A stretch of DNA of 64,000 nucleotides from assembly GCF_009914755.1 (NCBI RefSeq), contig NC_060947.1. The stretch is one strand, 5' to 3'. Source of the stretch: the human T2T-CHM13v2.0 reference genome, Homo sapiens. A program made the translations under genes and the position numbers. The stretch's first letter is position 1, and the number at the start of each line of letters is the position of its first letter. The notes under the pieces are model-generated. The model saw only the letters and a program-made list of their open reading frames with translations, was not told where the DNA came from and did not search any database. Of the stretch, positions 50,784-64,000 are shown piece after piece.

Positions 50784-53233
50784 AGGAGAATGGTGGAGCA
50801 AGATGGCCGAATAGAAAGCTCCACCAATTGTCTCTCCCTGCAAAGAAACCAAGTTAACAGCCATCTACAAAAACAAACAAAAAAACAAAAACAAAACAAA
50901 ACAAAAAGCCTTCATAAGGACCAAAAATCTGGTAAGCACTCATAGTACCTAGTTTTAACTTTATATCACTGAAAGGGGCACTGAAGAGATAGAAAACCAG
51001 TTCTAAATTGCCAATGCCACCCCTTCCAAACCCCCAGCAGCAGTGCTTGGTGTGGAAGCATCTCTGGGGGCTAAGGGAAGGAGAACACAGCAACTGTGAA
51101 ACATTGAACTCAGTGCTGTTCTGTTAGAGCAGTAAGGAAAACCGGACAAAACACAGCTGCTGCCTGCCCACGAAGGGAGCATTTAAGTCTGCCCTCACTA
51201 GAGGGGAATCACAGATCCTGGGGGTCCACAAACCTTGCCACTGAGGGCCAAAGTGCTCTCAGTCGCTAAGTAAATTTAAAAGGCAGACTAAGCCATAACA
51301 ACGGCAACTCTTAGGTGAGTCCTAGGGCTAAACTAGGCCAAAAGACAGTAGACTGTGGGCATGAGACATACTGATGCACCAGCTGGAGAAGTCAAGGGTG
51401 TGCTGGAATAACCCATTCCCCTAACCCAGGCTGCACAGCTCATGCATCCAAAACAGAGCCTTTCCTTCCACATGAGGAGAGGAGATTTGCATCTTGGATA
51501 CCAGCTCAGCCACAGTAAGATAGAGAAAAAGTCAGAGTCGTGAGCCCCCGTTCCAGACTCTAGCTCTGAGATGAAATTTCTAGACACACACTGGGACAGA
51601 AAGGAACCCGCTACCTTGAAGAAAAGAATCCGGTCTTGCCAGCACTCATCACCTGCTAACTGAAGAGCCCTTGGGTCCTGAATAGCAAACAGTGATACCC
51701 AGGTACTATGTCGAGGGCCTTGGTGAGCCTCTGATATTTGCCAGCTTCAGATGAGACTCAGAATATTACCACCTGTGGTGGCTATGGGACAAAACTCCTT
51801 CTGCTTGTAAAAAACAGAGGGAAGAGTAAAGGGGACTTTGACTTGCACCTTAGCAACCAATGCTGCCACAGGCAAGTAGAGCACCAAGCAAGCTCAAGGG
51901 GTCACTGATTCCAGGACTTGAGTCTGGGATGGCATTTCTGGACATGCCCTGGGCCAGAGGAGAGTGTACTGCCCTGAAGAGTGAGTCCCAAGTCAGGCAG
52001 CATTCACCACAAGCTGACTTAACAGACTGGACCTTAAAGGAACATCTGCAGTAGTCTGGCAATACTTCTCATGACCAGGTGTGGCAAAGGCTTTTCTGCC
52101 TTTGGAAAGGGGAGGGAAGAGTGGAAAGGACTGAATTTTTTGGTTTGAGTATCAACTCAGCTACCATAGAGTAGAATACCAGGTTGACTTCTAAGGATTT
52201 TGACTCTAGTCCCTGATTTCCAGATGGAACTTCTGGACCCACCTGGGGCCTGGGAGACCTCACCACCCTAAAAGAAAGAACACAGGCCTGGCTGAGTTTG
52301 TCATCTACTGATTGTAGAGCCCCAGGACCTCAAGTGAACATAGTCAGTAACCAGGAGTAGTGACAGCAGGCCTTGGGCAAGACCCAGTGCTTTGCTGGCT
52401 TCAGATCTGACCCAGTGCAGTCATAGTTGTGGTGGCCACAGAGGGGGTTGTGTCACTCCATTCCCAAATTTAGGTGGCTCAGAACAGAGAGAGAGAGAGA
52501 GTCTATGTATGTTTGGGAAAAAGAGAAGAGAACAAGAGTCTGTCTGGGAATCCAGACAATTCTCACGGATTTGGTCCAAGACCATAAAAGTCGTACCTCT
52601 ATGGGTCTGCAAAAACCACAGTGTCACTGGGCTTATGGTGCCTCTTAAAGTTGATACACCTTAGATCACAACACCCAAGTCCTCTCAAATATCTGGAAAG
52701 CTTTTGCAAGAAGTGCAGCTATAAATATGTCTGGACAGTGAAGACTGAAATAAATACTTAACTTTTCGATGACCAGACACTGAAAAACATCTACTAGCAT
52801 CAACAATATCCAAAAAGACATGTCCTCACCAGATGAATTAAATTGTTCAAGCAAGAAACTATATTAAATCACCAGAGAAAGTCATCTTCACTAGAGGAAG
52901 ACACGAATGAAAAAAGAAAGAAGACCCCAAACAATCAGAAATAAGGCAGGAGGGACGAATCCTGGACAAACAGAGACATTTCAGACAGAAAATACAAAAC
53001 AAGTGTGTTGAGGAAATTCAAGAAAATTCAAGGTAACACAGAGAAAAAAATCAGAATTCTATCTGATGAAGTTAAAAAAAAGATAAAATTAAAAGAATCA
53101 AGGGTGAATTTTGGACATAAGAAATGCAATTGGTATACTGAGGAATGCATCAGAGTTCTTTAATAGTAGAATGAATCAAGCAGAAGAAAGTATTAGTGAG
53201 CTTGAAGACATGCTATTTGAAAATACACTGTTT

Positions 53234-53537
53234 GGCCAGGCATGGTGGCTTACACCTGTAATCCCAACACTTTGGGAAGCCGAGGTGGGCAGATCACGAG
53301 GTCAGGAGATCAAGATCATCCTGGCTAACATGGTGAAACCTTGTCTCTACTAAAATACAAAAAAAAAAAAAAATTAGCCAGGCGTGGTGGCATGCACCTG
53401 TAGTCCCAGCTATTCAGGAGGCTGAGGCAGGAGAATTACTTCAACCCGGGAGGCAGAGGTTGCAGTGAGCCAAAATCGTGCTCTCCAGCCAGGGCAACAG
53501 AGTGAGAATCAAAAAAAAAAAAAAAAAAAAAAAAAAA
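53234..53537 (+). mobile_element. AluSc-like element
   Basis: gatcacgaggtcaggagatcaagatcatcctggctaac; long A tail; short deletion in the right arm. Confidence 0.92.
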
Positions 53538-54922
53538 CACTTTCAGAGGAGGAGACAAGAGAAAAAAAGAATAAAGAATAATAAAACAATAAAGCATGCC
53601 TACAGGATCCAGAAAATAGCCTCTTAGACGGGCAAATATAAGAGTTATTGGCTGTAAAGAGGAGACAGAGAAAGACATAGGGGGTAGAAAGTTTATTCAA
53701 TGGGAACTTCCCAAACCTAGAGAAAGATATCAATATTCAAGTACAAAAAGTTTATAGAAAACCAAGTAGATTTAACCAAAAGAAGACTACCTCAAGGCAT
53801 TTAATAATCAAACTCCCAAAGGTCAAGGATACAGAAATGATCCTAAAATCAGCAAGAGAGAAGAGACAAATAATACACAATGAAACTCCAATATATCTGG
53901 CAGCAGACTTTTGAATGGAAACCTTATAGGCCAGGAAAGAGTGACATAACATATTTAAAGTGCTGAAGAAAAAGAAAACTATCCTAGAACACTATACCCA
54001 ATGAAAATTTTCCTCAAACATGGAGAAATACTTTCCTAGAAAAACAAAAGTTGAGTGATTTCATCAATACTAGACCCATCCTATAAGGAATGCTTAAAGG
54101 AGAGTACTTCAGTTAGAAATAAAGTGGCAGTAATGAGCTATAAATAAATACCTGAAGGTACAAAACAAACTGGTAATTGAAAGTATACAGAATAACACAA
54201 AATATTGTAACACTGTAATTGTGGTGTGTGAACTACTCATATATTGAGTAAAAAGATTAAAAGGTAAACCAATTAAAATTAATAACTACAGTCAAGACAT
54301 AGTACAATAAGATACAAAAAGAAACAATAAGAAATTAAAAAGTGGGTGATCAAAGTCGAGTTTTATTGGTTTTTTTTGCCTGTTTGTTTATGAAAATAGT
54401 GTAAGTTGTTATTAAGTTAAAATAATGAGTTATAAGATAGTATTTGGAAGCCTCATGGTAACCTCAAACTAAAAAGCATACAATGGATACACAAAAAAAT
54501 AAAAAGCAAGAAACTAAATTGTATCGTGAGAGAAAATCATCTTCACTAGAGGAAGACAGGAATGAAAAAAAGAAGGAATAGAAGACCAAAAAGCAACCAG
54601 AAAACAAATAAGAAAATGGCAGAAGTAAGTCCTTACTTATCAATAATAACATTGAATATAAATGGACTAAACTCTCCAATCAAAAGAAATAGCCTGGCTG
54701 AATGGATGAAAAAAAAAAAAAAAGAAAACAAGACCCATTGATTGGTTGCCTACAGGAAACACATTTCACCTGTAAAGACACACATAACGTCAAAAAGGGA
54801 CGGAAAAAGATATTCCATTTCCAGTGGAAACCAAACTACAGCCAAATCCAGTACACTTATGTCAGAAAAAAAAGTAGGTTTCAAGACAAATACTATGAGA
54901 TAACACAAAGGTCACTACATAA

Positions 54923-55412
54923 TGTGTCCAGAGTTGTTTCATTCCAGTGGGCTCTTGGTCTCGCTAAATTCAAGAATGAAACCACAGACCTTCACAGTGA
55001 ATGTTACAGCTCTTAAAGGTGGTATGGACCCAAAGAGTGAGCAGCAGCAAGATTTATTGTGAAGAACGAAAGAACAAAGCTCCCAAAACATGGAAGGGGG
55101 ACCGGAGCTGGTTGCTGCTGCTGGCTGGGGTGGCCAGCTTTTATTCCCTTGTTTGTCCCTGCCCACATCCTATTGATTGGTCCATTTTACAGAGTGCTGA
55201 TTGGTGCATTTTACAGAGCACTGATTGGTCCATTTTACAGAGCACTGATTGGTCCATTTTACAAACCTCTAGCTAGCCACAGAGTGCTGATTGATGTGTT
55301 TTACAATCCTAGCTACAGGGTGCTGATTGGTGCATTTTACAATCTTCTTGTAAGACAGAAAGGTTCTCCAAGTCCCCACCCAACCCAGAAGTCCAGCTGG
55401 CTTCACCTCTCA
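54923..55412 (-). mobile_element. LTR12 (ERV9, LTR12F-like) solo LTR
   Basis: Termini tgtgtcc...cacctctca, 4-bp TSD ataa (54919-54922, 55413-55416), gagtgagcagcagcaagatttattg, tandem ctgattgg repeats. Confidence 0.92.
55136..55335 (-). promoter_or_regulatory. LTR12 U3 CCAAT-box array with AATAAA-type TATA box
   Basis: ATTGG at 55176, 55200, 55224, 55248 (24-bp period) and 55326; cttttattcc at ~55138. Confidence 0.6.
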
Positions 55413-56090
55413 ATAATAATAAAGTGGTCAATTCAGCAAGAAGATATAACAATTTTAAATATATATGCACCCTATAATGGAACAGCCAGATATATAAAGG
55501 AAATATTATTAGAACTAAAGAGAGATAGACCCCAATACAATAATAGCTGGAGACTTCAACACTCCACTTTCAGCACTAGACAGATCATTCAGAAAGAAAA
55601 TCAACAAAGAATTATCAGATTTAAGCTGCACTATAGACCAAATGAATCTAATAGGTATTTACAGAACATCCTATGCAAAAGATGCAGAATACACATTCTT
55701 TCCCCCAGCACATAGATCATTCTCAAGGATAGACTATATTTTAGATCAAAACACAGTATTAAAAGATTCAAAAAAATTGAATTACTATCAAGCATCTCCT
55801 CGGACTTCAGTGAAATAAAACTAGAAATTAATTTAAAAATAAAGAAAATTCTGGAAACTATACAACTACATGGAAATTAAACAATATGCTCCTAAATGAC
55901 CAGTGGGTTAAGAAGAAAATTGAAAAATGTATTGAAGTGAGTGATAATGGAAACACAATATATCAAAATCTATGGTATACAGCAACAGCAGTTCTCAGAT
56001 GGAAGTTTATAGCTTAAGTGCTTACATCGAAAAAGAAAAAATAACTTCAAATAAACAATCTAACAATGCATATTAAGGAACTCGAAATGC

Positions 56091-56554
<464 letters not shown>

Positions 56555-57006
56555 AAAGAACTAGAAATGCAAGAGCAAATCACACCTAAAATTAGTAGAA
56601 AAAAAGAAATAATTATCAGAGCAGAAATAAATGACATTGGAATAAAATAAAACAATAAAAAAGATAAAAATAAAAAAGTTGGTTTTTGTAAAGTTAAAAA
56701 AAAATTGAGAAAAATTTAGCCAGAACTAAGTAAGAAAAAAAGAGAAAAGATCCAAGTAAATAAAATCAAAAATGAAAAAGGAGACATTACAACTGATACT
56801 GCAGAAATTCAAAGGAAAATTAGTGGCTACTGTGAGTAACTATATATCAATAAATTGGAAAATCTATATGAAATGGACAAATTTTTAGGTACATACAAGC
56901 TACCAAGATTGAACCAGAAAGAAATCCAAAACCTGAACTGGCAAATAACAAGTAGTAAGATCATAGCTGTAATAACAAGTTGTCCTGTAAAGGAAAGCCC
57001 AGAACC

Positions 57007-61240
<4,234 letters not shown>

Positions 61241-64000
61241 TAAAGAAAAGCCCAGAACCTAATGACGTCACTGATGAATTCTACCAAACATTTAAAGAAG
61301 AACTGATACCAGTTCTATTCAAAATAATCCCCCCCAAAAAAATAGAGGAAGAGGATATACTTCTGAACTCATTCTATGAGGCCAGTATTACCTTGATACC
61401 AAAACTAGACGAAGACATTTCCAAAAAAGAAAACTACAGGCCCATAACCTGTTCAATATTGGTGCAAAAATCCTTAACAAAATACTAGGAAACTGAATTC
61501 AACAATACATGAGAAAAATCATTTATCATGACAAAGCGGGATTTATCCCTGGGATGCAAAGATGGTTTAACATATGCAAATAGATCAATTTGATACATCA
61601 TACAAACAGAATGAAGAACAAAAATGATATAATTATTTCAATTGATGCTGAAAAACATATGATACAATTCAATATCCCTTTATTGTAAAAAACCAATAAA
61701 CTAGGAATAGAAAGAACATACCTCAGCATAATAAAAGACATATATGACAGACCCACTACTAGTATTGTACTAAATGGCAAAAACTGAAAACCTTTTCTCT
61801 AATATCCAGAACACGACAAGTGTGCCCACATTCACCACTGATATTCAACATAGTACTAAAAGTACTAACTAAAGCAGTCAATAATAGAAAGAAAGAAAAG
61901 ACATCCAAATTGGAAAGGAAGATGTCAAATTATCCTTGTTTGCAGATAATATAATCTTATATTTGGAAAAACCTAAAGACTCCACCAAAAAAACTATTAG
62001 AACTGATAAGCAAATTCAGTAAAAATGCAGGATACAAGATCAATATATGAAAATCAGTAGCATTTCTGTATGCCAACAGTGAACAATGTGGAAAAGAAAT
62101 TATAAATGTAACCTCATTTACAATACCCACACATGAAATTAAATACTAAGAAATTAGCCAAAGAAATAAAAGATCAATATAATAAAAACTATAAAACACT
62201 AATATAACAAATTGAACACCAAAAAATGGAAAAATATTTTACATTCATGGATTGGAATAATCAATATTGTTAAAATGTTCATACTATACAAAGCAATCTA
62301 CAGATTCAATGCAATCCCTATCAAAATACCAATTGCATTCTTCACAGAAATAGATAAAACTGTCCTAAAATTTATATGCAACCACAAAGACCCAGAATAG
62401 CCAAAGCTATATTAAGCAAAAAGAACAAACTTGGAGGAATATTACCTGACTTCAAATTACACCACAGTGCTATAGTAATGAAAACAGTATGGTACTGGCA
62501 TAAAAACAGAAACATAGACCAAGAGAACAGAATAGAGAACCCAAGCACCAATCCATACACCTGTAGTAAACTCCTTTTCAACAAAGGTGCCAACAACATA
62601 CACTGGGGAAGAGTCTCTTCAATAAATGATGCCTGGAAAGCTGGTTATCCATATGAAAGAGAATGAAACTAGACCATTATATCTTGCCGTATGCAAAAAT
62701 CAAATAGAAATGGATTAAAGACTTAAATCTGAGACCTCAAACTATGAAACTGCTATAAGAAAATATTGGGGAAACTCTCAGGACATTGGGCTGGAGAAAG
62801 ATTTCTTGAGCAATATCCCACAAGCACAGGCAATCAAAGTAAAAGTGGATAAATGGTATCACATCAAGTTTAAAAGCTTCTGCACAGCAAAGAACAATTT
62901 AAAAAGTGAATAAACAACCCATAGAAGGTGAGCAAATATTTCAAATTACCCAAATGACAAGGGATTAATAATCAGAATATATAAGGAGCCCAATCAACTC
63001 TACAGGAAAAAAATGTAATAATTTGATCTAAAGATGGGCAAAAGATTTGAACAGACATTTATCAAAAGAAGGCATACAAATGGCAAACAGGCATATGAAA
63101 AGGTGCTCAATATCATTGATCATCAGAGAAATTCAAATCAAATCTACAATGAAATATTATCTCTTTCCAATTAAAAATGGCTTCTATCCAAAAGATAGAC
63201 TGTAACCAATGCTGTCAAGGATGTGGAGAAAAGGAAATCCTTGTACACTGTTAGTGGGAATGGAAATTAGTACAGCCACTATAAAGAAGAGTTTGGAAGT
63301 TTCTCACAAAACTGAAAATCGAGCTACCATATGATCCAGCAATCCCACTGCCAGGTATAAACATTGAAGAAAGGAAATCAGTATATTGAAGAGATATCTG
63401 CACACCTATATTTGTTGCAGCACTATTCACAATAGCCATAATTTGGAAGCAACCTAAGTGTTCATCAACAGATGAATGGATAAAGAAAATGTGGTACATA
63501 CACAATAAGGAATACTATTCAACTATAAAAATGAACTAGATCCAGTCATCGGCAACAATGGATCCCCACTTATTTGTGGGATCTAAATTCCAAAACAACT
63601 AAAGTCATGGATATAGAAAGTAGAAGCATAGTTAACAGAGTCTGAGAAGGGTAGTCGGGGATGCAGGGGAAGTGGCGATGGTAAATCGGTACCAAAAAAA
63701 TAGAAAGAATGAGTAAGATTTACTATTTGATAGCACAATAATATAGAGTGACAATAGTCATTAATCACTTAACTGTACTTTTAAAAATAATTTAAAGAAT
63801 GTAATTGGATTGTTTGCAGCTCAATGACTAAATGCTTGGAAGGGATGGGTACCTCATTCTCCATGATTTGCTTATTTTGCATTGCATGCTTGTATCAAAA
63901 CATCTTATGTGCTCCATAAATATATACACATGTTATGTATCCACAAACATTGAAAATAAAAATAAAACTTGAAAAAAATATTAGTGCTGATAAATGCATT

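Noticed and set aside
55170-55340. Regularly spaced 24-bp repeats, superficially CRISPR-like
   Set aside because: Head-to-tail units with no unique spacers; standard LTR12 U3 repeats in eukaryotic DNA.
55059-55715. 218-aa ORF, the longest in the window
   Set aside because: Chance read-through of antisense LTR12 repeats into a degenerate L1 endonuclease fragment; no supporting gene structure.

Overview
Primate (ape/human-type) gene-poor DNA. Roughly three quarters is nested LINE-1 (about 1.7-17.3 kb and 31.6-64 kb), around an older MIR/L2/MER-rich block (about 17.3-31.6 kb). I found no protein-coding gene, RNA gene or CRISPR array; the supplied ORFs are broken L1 ORF1/ORF2 pieces, antisense L1 frames or low-complexity artefacts. 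Main elements: a >1.6 kb AT-rich tandem repeat, three full-length L1s (L1PA7-like, L1PA8-like, L1MA1/2-like), four twin-primed 5'-inverted L1s, five Alus, an MST LTR and an LTR12 solo LTR. I did not find a new biological system. The most interesting signals are: two independent L1PA insertions 22-24 kb apart that share nonsense mutations (possible ectopic gene conversion), three locally templated insertions, a ~115 bp orphan retroposed 3' end, a GAA tract in an Alu linker, and a 91 bp pre-miRNA-like palindrome. Subfamily names come from recalled consensus features and need RepeatMasker/Dfam confirmation.
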